This document shows positions 14,108 to 23,081 of a stretch of DNA of 32,000 nt, in pieces; position 1 is the stretch's first letter; every line of letters begins with the position of its first letter. Under the pieces are notes generated by a model. That model was not told where the DNA came from. It made no database searches and saw only the letters and a list, made by a program, of their open reading frames with translations. Location of the stretch: NCBI GenBank assembly GCA_016699955.1, contig CP064993.1:660001-692000 (forward strand). Reading direction: 5' to 3'. Made by a program: the position numbers and the translations under genes. This DNA is from Candidatus Saccharimonadota bacterium. GTDB taxonomy: Bacteria > Patescibacteriota > Saccharimonadia > Saccharimonadales > UBA4665.

Positions 14108-15399
14108 CTATAACTAAACTCGTACACGGCGGGCAGGGGCTTGGTGAGCTAGCAGATGGACGTAAGGTGTTCGTCTGGAATGCCTTACCCGGCGAAATCG
14201 TTTTGGTACGGATAACAAAGAATAAGCGGTCATACGCCGAGGCGGTTGCCGAAAAAGTCATCTTAGCATCGCCTGACCGTATTGTCCCCGTAGAAGACAC
14301 TTTTTTAGCGACCAGCCCATGGCAAATAATGACATGCAAAGCCGAAAACCGCGCCAAGATTGAGATTATCTGCGATTTATTTCGGCACGAAAAAATCAAT
14401 TGTCCGTTACCTAACAAAACCGTTGCTCGAGGTTCAGAGTATCATTACCGAAACAAGATGGAATACAGTTTCTGTGGTGACAAAGACGGTTTGCATTTGG
14501 CTTTGCATGAGCGCAGGAGTCACGGTAAGCAGCCTGTACAGGGGAGTGCACTGGCTATGCCAGCGGTTGATGCAGCTGCAAATGTTATGCTCGCTGAACT
14601 GCGTCGCTTGCAGGTGCGGGCGAACGACCTAAAAACACTCGTTATTCGTTGTGACCAAGAGGGGACTGCGGCTGCGAGCTTATTCGTGAAACCAAGTAAT
14701 TTCCCCAGATTGAAAATACCATACCAGGTAGAACCTAGCTGCGCAGAGGACAAGCCTACGGGTACGCCTAGGGGGCTTCGAGTATATCATTCAAATCCGA
14801 AATCACCGACGTCTGTGGCAACCAAGTTGCTGTATGAACTCGGCGACTGCGAGCTAAACGACGAACTGCTTGGAAAGTCATTTCACTATAATGTTGATAG
14901 CTTTTTTCAGGTAAATGTACCGGTTTACGAGGAGGCTCTAAAAAGTATTCGATCACACAGCATTGGCGATCCGGTTGATATGTACGCCGGCGTTGGCACG
15001 ATAGGTTTAAGTGTTGCACAGAAAAAAGTCACGCTTGTAGAGCACGACCCAGTAACCGCAACCATGGCTCGCAAAAATATATCATGTATGATTGCGTCGG
15101 GGTCCGTCCTTGACGCAGAAGTGGTGGAGGCGCCAACAGAGAAGGTATTGGAGTATATCACTGGTAAGGAGACGGTTATTTTTGATCCGCCGCGGGCAGG
15201 ATTGCACCCAAAGGTAGTGGAGCGTTGCCTAGATGTATTGCCACAACAAATTATTTACCTCAGCTGCAACCCGGCAACGCAGGCACGAGATTTGGCTGTG
15301 TTGCAAGAGAAATATGTAATCAGCCGCATTGAGGTGTTTAATTTTTTCCCGCGCACTCCACACATTGAAACGCTCGCGGTCTTAACTCTTAACTCTTAA
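14092..15399 (+). CDS. rlmD: SAM-dependent RNA (uracil-5)-methyltransferase, RlmD/RumA/TrmA family with N-terminal TRAM-like domain
   Basis: The C-terminal motifs are VIFDPPRAGL and IYLSCNPATQARD (the catalytic Cys of m5U methyltransferases). A GTG start overlaps the end of the HAD gene by 16 nt. Exact substrate (23S rRNA or tRNA) cannot be assigned from sequence alone. Confidence 0.8.
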   Translation: MLEEVTITKLVHGGQGLGELADGRKVFVWNALPGEIVLVRITKNKRSYAEAVAEKVILASPDRIVPVEDTFLATSPWQIMTCKAENRAKIEIICDLFRHEKINCPLPNKTVARGSEYHYRNKMEYSFCGDKDGLHLALHERRSHGKQPVQGSALAMPAVDAAANVMLAELRRLQVRANDLKTLVIRCDQEGTAAASLFVKPSNFPRLKIPYQVEPSCAEDKPTGTPRGLRVYHSNPKSPTSVATKLLYELGDCELNDELLGKSFHYNVDSFFQVNVPVYEEALKSIRSHSIGDPVDMYAGVGTIGLSVAQKKVTLVEHDPVTATMARKNISCMIASGSVLDAEVVEAPTEKVLEYITGKETVIFDPPRAGLHPKVVERCLDVLPQQIIYLSCNPATQARDLAVLQEKYVISRIEVFNFFPRTPHIETLAVLTLNS

Positions 15400-15401
15400 C
15401 T
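15381..15401 (+). repeat. Tandem heptamer repeat (CTTAACT x3)
   Basis: The sequence cttaact cttaact cttaact (ct) covers the last codons and the TAA stop of rlmD (15397-15399). It lies immediately upstream of the TGTATACT box of the next gene. Confidence 0.9.
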
Positions 15402-15402
15402 C

Positions 15403-15410
15403 TGTATACT
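15403..15410 (+). promoter_or_regulatory. Candidate -10 region (TGTATACT) 6 nt upstream of the nuclease ATG (leaderless geometry)
   Basis: The sequence is TGTATACTacttacATG. TTAACT at 15382-15387 sits 17 nt upstream of TATACT and could serve as a -35. Confidence 0.45.
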
Positions 15411-15416
15411 ACTTAC

Positions 15417-16202
15417 ATGAACTATATGAGGGAACGGTCGCGACCCTACGAGCCGGGTCAAGCGGCGCCGTATAAAGTTTCGCGGTCAAAAATTGAGCTG
15501 TATATGCAGTGTCCACGTTGTTTTTGGCTGGATATGCGTCACAAAATCACTCGGCCCAGCAGCCCGCCGTTTCAGATAAATAAAGCCATAGATGAGTTGT
15601 TTAAAAAAGAGTTTGATGTTTTTCGCGGGCAGAAAAAGCCACATCCGCTCATGAAACAGTTCGGCGTAGATGCTATACCGTATACTCACAAGGATCTCGA
15701 CACCTGGAGGCAGAACTTCACTGGCGTGGCGACCTTGCACAAGCCAACAAACCTGCATGTCTTTGGCGCTGTCGATGATGTCTGGGTAAATCCTGCGGGT
15801 GAACTAATAGTTGTAGACTACAAAGCTACGGCCAAAGCGGCACCCGTGACAGCGCTTGGTCCTGAAGGTGGCTGGCAGGATATGTACCGCCGTCAGATGG
15901 AGGTTTACCAGTGGCTGCTGCGACAAAATGGCTTCCCGGTTAGTACTACCGGATATTTTGTTTATGCCACGGGTAATCCTGGCAAAGATGCATTTGATGG
16001 TGTGGTTGAATTTGAAACGCACGTATTTCCATACCACGGCAAAAGCGATTGGGTTGAGCAAACATTGCTAGACATGAAAGCCTGTATGGATAGCGACACC
16101 ATGCCGCCTGTAGGAGCTGCGGCTATGGGTGGTCCGTGCGAACACTGCACGTATGCTCGTAAACGGACTGAGTTAACACTGCAGGCTATACAAAAAAAGT
16201 AA
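15417..16202 (+). CDS. PD-(D/E)XK nuclease superfamily protein, Cas4/RecB-like
   Basis: The N-terminal motif is SRSKIELYMQCPRCFWL. The core is VDDVW...ELIVVDYKATAK (D...D-x-K) and RQMEVYQWL supplies QxxxY. The C-terminus has GGPCEHCTY. Four cysteines are arranged 2+2. Confidence 0.7.
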   Translation: MNYMRERSRPYEPGQAAPYKVSRSKIELYMQCPRCFWLDMRHKITRPSSPPFQINKAIDELFKKEFDVFRGQKKPHPLMKQFGVDAIPYTHKDLDTWRQNFTGVATLHKPTNLHVFGAVDDVWVNPAGELIVVDYKATAKAAPVTALGPEGGWQDMYRRQMEVYQWLLRQNGFPVSTTGYFVYATGNPGKDAFDGVVEFETHVFPYHGKSDWVEQTLLDMKACMDSDTMPPVGAAAMGGPCEHCTYARKRTELTLQAIQKK

Positions 16203-16233
16203 TTCCTTAAATCTTGTTTGGTATCACTGTATC

Positions 16234-16241
16234 TGTATACT
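16234..16241 (+). promoter_or_regulatory. Candidate -10 region (TGTATACT) 6 nt upstream of the serS ATG (leaderless geometry)
   Basis: The sequence is TGTATACTactagtATG. The octamer and spacing are the same as at 15403-15410. Confidence 0.45.
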
Positions 16242-16247
16242 ACTAGT

Positions 16248-17495
16248 ATGTTAGACATACAATTTATACGAGAGAACGCTGAACTTGTTCAGCAGAAGTC
16301 GCGGGAAAAAGGCTATAAAAACGTAGATATCCCAGCGCTGCTGGCAGTCGACGAACAGCGGCGGGCGCAGCTGACAAAAGTTGAAGACCTGCGGGCGCAG
16401 CGCAATGCTCTGACAGAGTCTATGAAAGGCCAAAAGCCGACATCTGAACAAATAGAGCAGGGAAAAGCGCTGAAGGAAAAAATTGCCGGTTTAGAAAATG
16501 AGGTGAAACTCACAGAGGAAAAATGGCAATCCCAGATGCAAACTGTACCTAATCCTTCGTTTGATGACGTGCCACTAGGTGGTGAAGCCGACAGCGTGGA
16601 GATAAAACGCTGGGGCGAACAAACAAAGGGAGCAGTAGACCATTTGGACTTTGCAACCAAGCGGGACTGGGTTGATTTTGAGCGCGGTGCCAAGGTGGCT
16701 GGTGCGAAGTTTTATTATCTGAAGGGTGATTTGGCGCTGCTAGAAAACGCGATTACCCAGTTTGCACTAGACTTTGTACTCCCAAAAGGTTTTACCTATT
16801 TGACGGTCCCGCACATGGTAAGCACTCGCATAGCAGCCGGGGCGGGGTTTGCGCCACGTGGTGACGAAAGTGGCAACGAATATTTTGTCGAGGGTGAAGA
16901 CCTGGCGCTTATTGGCACGGCCGAGGCACCGCTTACTGGATACCACGCTGATGAGATTATTGATGAGGCCAAACTGCCACTAAAATATGTCGGTTACAGT
17001 CCGTGCTACCGTAAGGAAGCCGGGACGTATGGCAAGCACACCCGTGGATTGTTCAGGGTGCATCAGTTCAACAAGCTCGAAATGTATATTTTTTGTACAC
17101 CAGAACAAAGTCGGGATATGCATGAGTTTATTTTGCAGACAGAAGAAGAGCTGTGGCAGGCGCTCGGCGTGCCGTACCATGTGGTCAACATTGCGGCCGG
17201 GGACTTAGGGGCACCAGCTGCTAAAAAGTACGATGTTGAATACTGGTCGCCGGTTGACGAGAAGTACCGCGAGCTGACCAGCTGTAGTAACTGCACGGAC
17301 TTTCAAGCGCGAAACTTAAACATACGGGTCCGGCGCAAAAACGGCAAGGTAGAAGTGCTTCATACTCTTAACGGCACTGCCGTATCGCTTGCTCGATCAC
17401 TTGTAGCGGTCATTGAGCATTATCAGACGGAACGTGGTACACTACGTATACCAGAGGCTCTACAACCCTACATGGGAAAAAGAACAGAGATATAA
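16248..17495 (+). CDS. serS: Serine--tRNA ligase
   Basis: MLDIQFIRENAELVQQKSREKGY... is the canonical SerRS N-terminus. A coiled-coil arm and class II motifs follow (FRVHQFNKLE, GTAVSLARSLVAVIE). The start is placed at ATG 16248 because the promoter box lies inside the longer ORF (16218). Confidence 0.93.
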   Translation: MLDIQFIRENAELVQQKSREKGYKNVDIPALLAVDEQRRAQLTKVEDLRAQRNALTESMKGQKPTSEQIEQGKALKEKIAGLENEVKLTEEKWQSQMQTVPNPSFDDVPLGGEADSVEIKRWGEQTKGAVDHLDFATKRDWVDFERGAKVAGAKFYYLKGDLALLENAITQFALDFVLPKGFTYLTVPHMVSTRIAAGAGFAPRGDESGNEYFVEGEDLALIGTAEAPLTGYHADEIIDEAKLPLKYVGYSPCYRKEAGTYGKHTRGLFRVHQFNKLEMYIFCTPEQSRDMHEFILQTEEELWQALGVPYHVVNIAAGDLGAPAAKKYDVEYWSPVDEKYRELTSCSNCTDFQARNLNIRVRRKNGKVEVLHTLNGTAVSLARSLVAVIEHYQTERGTLRIPEALQPYMGKRTEI

Positions 17496-17509
17496 CCGCA
17501 AGGAGTGTT

Positions 17510-17866
17510 ATGATCCATACCGTTAGCGCGGAAGGTTTCGACCTGACCCCAAAACTTCAAAAATATACCGCAGGTAAAGTGAAAGATATTCAAAAATACA
17601 TTCCTAGAAAAGCACGGGAAGCTGCTGTTCTTGCTATACACTTTAAAGAAGCCAAGAAGGGTCAGGAAAAAACTTGTACACTGGCCCTACAGCTACCGCA
17701 CGATACACTGGCGGCCAAAGAAACAACAAGTCATATGTATGCCGCGTTTGATATTGCAGTGGTTGAGATTCGACGTCAACTGGCGGAGTATAAAAGCAAA
17801 CATAGCAGTTACGGTTTGCGACACAAATTTGCACGACGCTTGAAGCGCGAAAAAACTGCGAGCTAG
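17510..17866 (+). CDS. hpf: Ribosome hibernation promoting factor / RaiA family (short form)
   Basis: 118 aa, with FDLTPKLQKYTAGKVKDIQKY...MYAAFDIAVVEIRRQLAEYKSK. An AAGGAG ribosome-binding site lies 14 nt after the serS stop. Confidence 0.85.
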   Translation: MIHTVSAEGFDLTPKLQKYTAGKVKDIQKYIPRKAREAAVLAIHFKEAKKGQEKTCTLALQLPHDTLAAKETTSHMYAAFDIAVVEIRRQLAEYKSKHSSYGLRHKFARRLKREKTAS

Positions 17867-17889
17867 TTCACATAAACAGGCAAACAGGG

Positions 17890-17895
17890 TACAAT
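17890..17895 (+). promoter_or_regulatory. Candidate -10 box (TACAAT) for secA
   Basis: gggTACAATgg is followed by a leader of about 35 nt containing GGAGG 8 nt before the ATG at 17938. Confidence 0.35.
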
Positions 17896-17937
17896 GGTTT
17901 TGACGTAATTCAGTGACATGTGTGGAGGTGCAAGTAA

Positions 17938-20538
17938 ATGAACAGAGTTCTCAAACGTATTTTGGGTGACCCACAGGCAAAAACGATTAAGCGGCTGCGT
18001 AAGCGGGTGCGGGTCATTAACGATCTCGCGCCAAAATACAAAAAAATGACAGATAAGCAGCTGCGGGAGCAAACAAATAAGCTCCGTTTGCGGCTCAAGA
18101 AAGAGTCACTCGACGGTATATTACCAGACGCTTTTGCGGTTGTGCGTGAGGCAGCAACTAGAGCTTTGAACCAACGCCACTACGATGTTCAGCTTATTGG
18201 TGGCATGGTGCTCCACGAGGGCAATGTTAGTGAAATGAAAACTGGTGAAGGCAAAACGTTGGTCGCAACGGCTCCAATGTTTTTAAATGCCATCGGCGGT
18301 AAGGGTGCGCACCTTGTCACAGTCAATGATTACCTCGCTCAGCGTGATGCTGGTTGGATGGGTCAGGTTTATTATTTTCTCGGTTTATCAACAGCTGTTA
18401 TTATGGCGGATCATTCGTATTTGTATGATCCAAAGTTTACCAACGAAGAACACGAAGACGAGAGGTTCCGTCATTTGCGCCCGTGTACCCGGCAAGAGGC
18501 GTATGCCGCCGACATAACATATGGTACAAATAACGAATTCGGCTTCGATTATCTGCGTGATAACATGGTGCGCGAGACAGACCAGTTGCGTCAGCGAGAG
18601 CTAAACTATGCCATTGTTGACGAAGTTGACTCTATTCTTATAGATGAAGCGCGAACCCCACTTATTATCAGCGCGCCCAGCGTGACGCCAGGTAATGCTT
18701 ATGCGCAGTTTTCAAAAACAGTTCGGCAGCTCACACCGAAACACTACGAAGTCGACGAAAAGCGTAAGACAGTTGTTTTAAACGATGAAGGTGTTGATAA
18801 GATAGAAAAAGTACTCGGCATAGAAAATCTCTATGGCACCGACAACATTCGGACGCTTTACCATCTAGAGCAAGCCTTGCGCGCGCAGACACTTTTTAAG
18901 AGAGACAAAGACTATGTGGTAACAAATGACGGAGAAATTGTTATCGTCGATGAGTTCACCGGACGCCTCCTCGCTGGACGGCGGTACAACGAAGGGCTTC
19001 ACCAAGCAATTGAAGCCAAAGAGGGCGTGGAAGTACAGCAGGAGTCAATGACACTTGCAACCATATCGTTCCAGAACTATTTTCGTTTATATGACAAGCT
19101 ATCTGGCATGACCGGTACCGCCATGACTGAAAGCGAAGAGTTTCATCAGATTTACAAACTCGATGTCGTGGAGATTCCGTCTAACCGACAAATCGTACGG
19201 GATGACCGAAGTGACCGAATTTACCGCAACGAAGCGGCGAAGTTCAAAGCAATTGTGGCACAGGTAAAGGAACTAAACAAAAAAGGGCAGCCTGTACTTA
19301 TTGGCACGGCATCTATCGAAAAAAATGAGAGACTCGGTGGCCTACTGACCAAGGCTGGTGTGCCCCACCAGGTTTTGAATGCAAAGAATAATGAGCGTGA
19401 GGCAAAAATTGTGGCCAAGGCGGGTGAGCAGGGTGCGGTAACGCTCGCCACAAACATCGCAGGGCGAGGTACTGATATTGTCCTAGGTAAGGGTGTCAAG
19501 AAGCTTGGCGGCTTGCTTGTGATTGGGAGTGAACGTCATGAATCACGCCGTATAGACAATCAGTTGCGAGGTCGCGCTGGCCGTCAGGGAGATCCAGGTG
19601 TGACGCAGTTTTATGTGAGTACCGAAGATGATCTTATGCGTATTTTTGGCGCTGAGCGTATTGGACGCGTACTTGACCGTCTAAAAGTAGATGAAGACGT
19701 ACCAATCGAAAACCGCATGATTACACGTAGCCTCGAAGCAGCACAGAAGAAAGTAGAAGGATTCCACTTCGACCAGCGTAAAAATGTTGTACAGTACGAC
19801 GATGTCATGAACCGCCACCGTAAGGCAACCTATGCAATGCGCAAAGAAATTTTGCGAGCAGACGATATTAGTAAACGGATTAAAGCGTACATTGATGAGG
19901 AAATGAGCCTACTGGCAGATTCACCGCTTCGAGCCACCGACGAGTTTGAACCGGCGGTGCGCGAGCTACTGCCTTTGGATGACGCTGCACTTGACCGCAT
20001 TTTCTCAAAAACACAAGATACGGTTAAACCAGTGCTGCTAGAAGAAGCCAAGGAACTATACGAAGGTCGAGAGGCGGCCTTTACTACAGAAGTGATGCGA
20101 CGAGTAGAGCGCGATGTTTATTTGCAGATTTTGGATAATCTATGGATGCAACATCTTGAGAACATGGATCATTTGCGAGAAGGAATTGGCTGGATGAGTG
20201 TTGGCCAGCGAGATCCGCTTGTTGAGTATCGCCGACGCGGCCAAATGATATTTGAGCAAATGCAATTTGCGCTTCGACACGAAGTTGTGCGCGCGATTTT
20301 CCATGCCGAGCCAGTTGAAATGAGTGAACTTGAGCAGCCAGTTGAGACCGAATTGACGCTTGCAGCCCGTGGTTCCATCAGCAACGCTGCGGACATTTTG
20401 GGCGATACTGAGCAGTTTGACGAGAAGGACTTTACAGGTGAGAAAAAGGTATCCCAGGTTAAATCTACCGCAAAAGATCGTGCAAAAGCTAACAAACGTG
20501 AACGCCAAAAAAAGGCAAAAGCTAGAAAGAAAAAATAG
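17938..20538 (+). CDS. secA: Preprotein translocase ATPase SecA
   Basis: 866 aa, with the Walker A motif MKTGEGKTL, the DEAD-like motif DEVDSILIDEARTPLIIS and TNIAGRGTDI. The C-terminus is a Lys-rich tail without the Cys/His zinc-binding motif found in many SecA proteins. Confidence 0.97.
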   Translation: MNRVLKRILGDPQAKTIKRLRKRVRVINDLAPKYKKMTDKQLREQTNKLRLRLKKESLDGILPDAFAVVREAATRALNQRHYDVQLIGGMVLHEGNVSEMKTGEGKTLVATAPMFLNAIGGKGAHLVTVNDYLAQRDAGWMGQVYYFLGLSTAVIMADHSYLYDPKFTNEEHEDERFRHLRPCTRQEAYAADITYGTNNEFGFDYLRDNMVRETDQLRQRELNYAIVDEVDSILIDEARTPLIISAPSVTPGNAYAQFSKTVRQLTPKHYEVDEKRKTVVLNDEGVDKIEKVLGIENLYGTDNIRTLYHLEQALRAQTLFKRDKDYVVTNDGEIVIVDEFTGRLLAGRRYNEGLHQAIEAKEGVEVQQESMTLATISFQNYFRLYDKLSGMTGTAMTESEEFHQIYKLDVVEIPSNRQIVRDDRSDRIYRNEAAKFKAIVAQVKELNKKGQPVLIGTASIEKNERLGGLLTKAGVPHQVLNAKNNEREAKIVAKAGEQGAVTLATNIAGRGTDIVLGKGVKKLGGLLVIGSERHESRRIDNQLRGRAGRQGDPGVTQFYVSTEDDLMRIFGAERIGRVLDRLKVDEDVPIENRMITRSLEAAQKKVEGFHFDQRKNVVQYDDVMNRHRKATYAMRKEILRADDISKRIKAYIDEEMSLLADSPLRATDEFEPAVRELLPLDDAALDRIFSKTQDTVKPVLLEEAKELYEGREAAFTTEVMRRVERDVYLQILDNLWMQHLENMDHLREGIGWMSVGQRDPLVEYRRRGQMIFEQMQFALRHEVVRAIFHAEPVEMSELEQPVETELTLAARGSISNAADILGDTEQFDEKDFTGEKKVSQVKSTAKDRAKANKRERQKKAKARKKK

Positions 20539-20599
20539 GCAGTAGGGGTAGCCAAAAAAAACGAAAAGGCCTAGAACCTCAATCCTACAAATCTAACTC

Positions 20600-21889
20600 A
20601 TGAAGCATACTGTAGAAGAAATTATTCTGAACAACGGCGCAAAAGGTCTGCTTGTTCATGTTCCAGACGCGACAGTTTTAAATGTGTATATTAACTTTCG
20701 GGCCGGTGAATATCTGGTTGAGCGAGATAAATGGGAAACACCGCACCTCATGGAGCATATCTTGCTTGGTGCAAATGATGACTATCCGAGAGCTCGCGAT
20801 TTTCAGGCTGAAGTTGAAAAAAATGGAGCATACAGCAACGCATCTACGGATGTGTATGACATTGTTTATGAAACAGAATGTGCGGATTTCGAATGGGACA
20901 GAGTGTATGGTCTGCTCGTTACTGCTATAGAAAAACCACTTTTTTTGCAGGAAGAATTTGATGCGGAGTTTGGTAACGTCCGGGAGGAATTAGCAGCTCG
21001 AGCAAATAACCATTATCGTCAGCTGGGTGCTGAAAGCCGCAAGGCCTACGGGTTAGTATCTGAAACGGATAAAGCGCGCCTTGAGCTGATGGACAATGTG
21101 ACCCTTGAAAACGTCCGGGAGCATTATCGTCGCACTCATACAACAGATAACATGCGATTTGTAGTGGCTGGGCACATCGGAAAGCGCCGATCTGCAATTA
21201 TGCAGACGCTAGAAGGCATACAGCTTCCGCGCGGTGAGCGTTTTATCATGCCTGATGAGGTAGTACGGACGCTTCAGAAACCAGTATGCATACCGAACGA
21301 AACGGTCGATACGCTCTATTTTTACATAGATACGTTTATGAACCGTCGGCTGGAGGAGCGAGAACTTGACGCGCTCGGTCTTGTGAATGCGCTTCTGACA
21401 GAGACACTTTATTCAAAGATTCTCGGAACAGCTCGCGAGCGTGGTCTGGTGTACGGAATGAATAGTGGTTTTCAACAGATTAAACTGAGCAGTAATTTGT
21501 GGTTTGGGAGTCAAGTATCGGTAGCAAACGCACCAGCACTGTTCGACATTATTACGGAGCAGCTCGGCAACCTTTTTCGTGGGGAGCTCGCAGAGGCAGA
21601 TATTGCCGCCGCACAGGCTTATGCAATCGGACGTTACCAGAGGAGTGCGCAAACCGTTGCGAGTACGGCGGGTGGATACACGGGGCGCTATTTCTTCGAC
21701 GAATACATTGATGACTACTATGCCATTCCCGAACGGATCAAGGCAGTAACAAAACAGGATATCATCGATAGCACACGGGCAATGTTTGCCGATGGTATTG
21801 GTGGGCTCGGAATATATGGCAGCGCCACACCTGAGTTAGGTGAAACTTTGAACGACCAGCTGCGAATGCTCTGGCAACAGGGAAATTAA
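20600..21889 (+). CDS. M16 (pitrilysin) family zinc peptidase
   Basis: The inverted zinc motif HxxEH is present as HLMEH within TPHLMEHILLG. The size of 429 aa and the two-domain layout are typical of M16B. Confidence 0.8.
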   Translation: MKHTVEEIILNNGAKGLLVHVPDATVLNVYINFRAGEYLVERDKWETPHLMEHILLGANDDYPRARDFQAEVEKNGAYSNASTDVYDIVYETECADFEWDRVYGLLVTAIEKPLFLQEEFDAEFGNVREELAARANNHYRQLGAESRKAYGLVSETDKARLELMDNVTLENVREHYRRTHTTDNMRFVVAGHIGKRRSAIMQTLEGIQLPRGERFIMPDEVVRTLQKPVCIPNETVDTLYFYIDTFMNRRLEERELDALGLVNALLTETLYSKILGTARERGLVYGMNSGFQQIKLSSNLWFGSQVSVANAPALFDIITEQLGNLFRGELAEADIAAAQAYAIGRYQRSAQTVASTAGGYTGRYFFDEYIDDYYAIPERIKAVTKQDIIDSTRAMFADGIGGLGIYGSATPELGETLNDQLRMLWQQGN

Positions 21890-21890
21890 T

Positions 21891-22973
21891 ATGGATGAGC
21901 TGCAGCGACGCGCACAAGAGCTCCAAGCATCTGTGGCAGAAGCGCAAGATAAGATTGGTTTCGAACAGCTAAGCAATCGAAAACAAATGGTAGACGAGCA
22001 AACTTTGGAACAGAATTTCTGGAATGATCCGACTGCTGCACAAAAAGCAATGAAAGAACAAGCTAGCCTAGACAAGCGATTACGCCCTTGGATAGAGCTG
22101 AAACAGTCAGTGGACGATGCCATTGAGCTCCTTGCTCTGCATGACAGTGCACTTGAAACAGAAGTATTGCAGCAAGTGAAAATGGGCGAAAAAACGTTTT
22201 TGGAGCTAAAGGAAGAGCTGAAATTTTCTGGTTTTTATGATGACCACGATGTTATCATGAGTCTTCATGCCGGAGCGGGCGGTGCGGACGCGCAGGACTG
22301 GACGGGCATGCTCTTACGCATGTACACGCGCTGGGCTGAACAAAATAGTTATTCAGTTTCACTGCTCGAAGAGGCTCCAGCTGACGAAGGCGGATTTAAG
22401 AGCGCAACACTGGAAATATCGGGGTTATTTGCCTTTGGTAAACTGAAAGGTGAGCATGGCGTCCACCGTCTCGTTCGGTTGAGTCCTTTTAACGCTGAAA
22501 GCAGGGAAACGAGCTTTGCTAAAGTTGAAATTTTACCTAAAATTGATGCACCAGAAGACATTGAGATAGACGAAAAAGATTTGAAGATTGATGTGTACAG
22601 AAGTGGTGGCCATGGTGGCCAAAGCGTGAACACAACTGACTCAGCCGTGCGCGTGACCCATCTACCTACCGGCATTGTTGTTGCCATACAGAACGAGCGT
22701 TCTCAGTTGCAAAACCGCGAAACCGCCATGACTATTTTGCGTTCTCGTCTAGCACAATTACAGCTTGAGCAACATGCCGAAAAGGTAGGTGAGCTAAAAG
22801 GCCCAAATGAGCAAGCGGCCTGGGGCAACCAAATCCGCAGCTACGTGCTTCACCCCTACAAACAAGTCAAAGATCTCCGCACTGAGTACACATCATCTGA
22901 TCCTGAAAAAGTGCTTGGTGGAGAGCTTAATCCCTTTATTACTGCCTATCTTGAATATTCACTTGGTAGTTGA
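21891..22973 (+). CDS. prfB: Peptide chain release factor 2 (single uninterrupted ORF)
   Basis: The RF2-specific SPF tripeptide appears in LVRLSPFNAESR, and GGQ in SGGHGGQSVNTTDSAVRVTHLPTG. The ORF is continuous from ATG 21891, so no +1 frameshift is needed. Confidence 0.95.
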   Translation: MDELQRRAQELQASVAEAQDKIGFEQLSNRKQMVDEQTLEQNFWNDPTAAQKAMKEQASLDKRLRPWIELKQSVDDAIELLALHDSALETEVLQQVKMGEKTFLELKEELKFSGFYDDHDVIMSLHAGAGGADAQDWTGMLLRMYTRWAEQNSYSVSLLEEAPADEGGFKSATLEISGLFAFGKLKGEHGVHRLVRLSPFNAESRETSFAKVEILPKIDAPEDIEIDEKDLKIDVYRSGGHGGQSVNTTDSAVRVTHLPTGIVVAIQNERSQLQNRETAMTILRSRLAQLQLEQHAEKVGELKGPNEQAAWGNQIRSYVLHPYKQVKDLRTEYTSSDPEKVLGGELNPFITAYLEYSLGS

Positions 22974-23064
22974 AAGTTATTCTTGACCTCTTAGGCGCCT
23001 TACTTTAGCGATGTTTTTGTTGTAGATATGAGTTTACGTGCGCTCCGGCACAACAGCATAACCA

Positions 23065-23073
23065 TGATATACT
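23065..23073 (+). promoter_or_regulatory. Candidate extended -10 promoter (TGATATACT) 8 nt upstream of the ftsE ATG
   Basis: The sequence is TGATATACTaggaaacgATG. AGGA is only 4 nt from the ATG, so near-leaderless initiation fits better than Shine-Dalgarno use. Confidence 0.4.
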
Positions 23074-23081
23074 AGGAAACG

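Noticed and set aside
15417-16202. I looked for a CRISPR-Cas locus around the Cas4-like nuclease.
   Set aside because: I found no direct-repeat/spacer array and no other cas-like gene anywhere in the 32 kb. The flanking genes are rlmD and serS.
21891-22973. I looked for the programmed +1 frameshift (in-frame TGA near codon 25-30 preceded by an internal Shine-Dalgarno) that autoregulates prfB in many bacteria.
   Set aside because: The RF2 ORF is continuous from its ATG with no early in-frame stop, so this prfB is of the non-frameshifting type. That is a known minority arrangement and not an anomaly.
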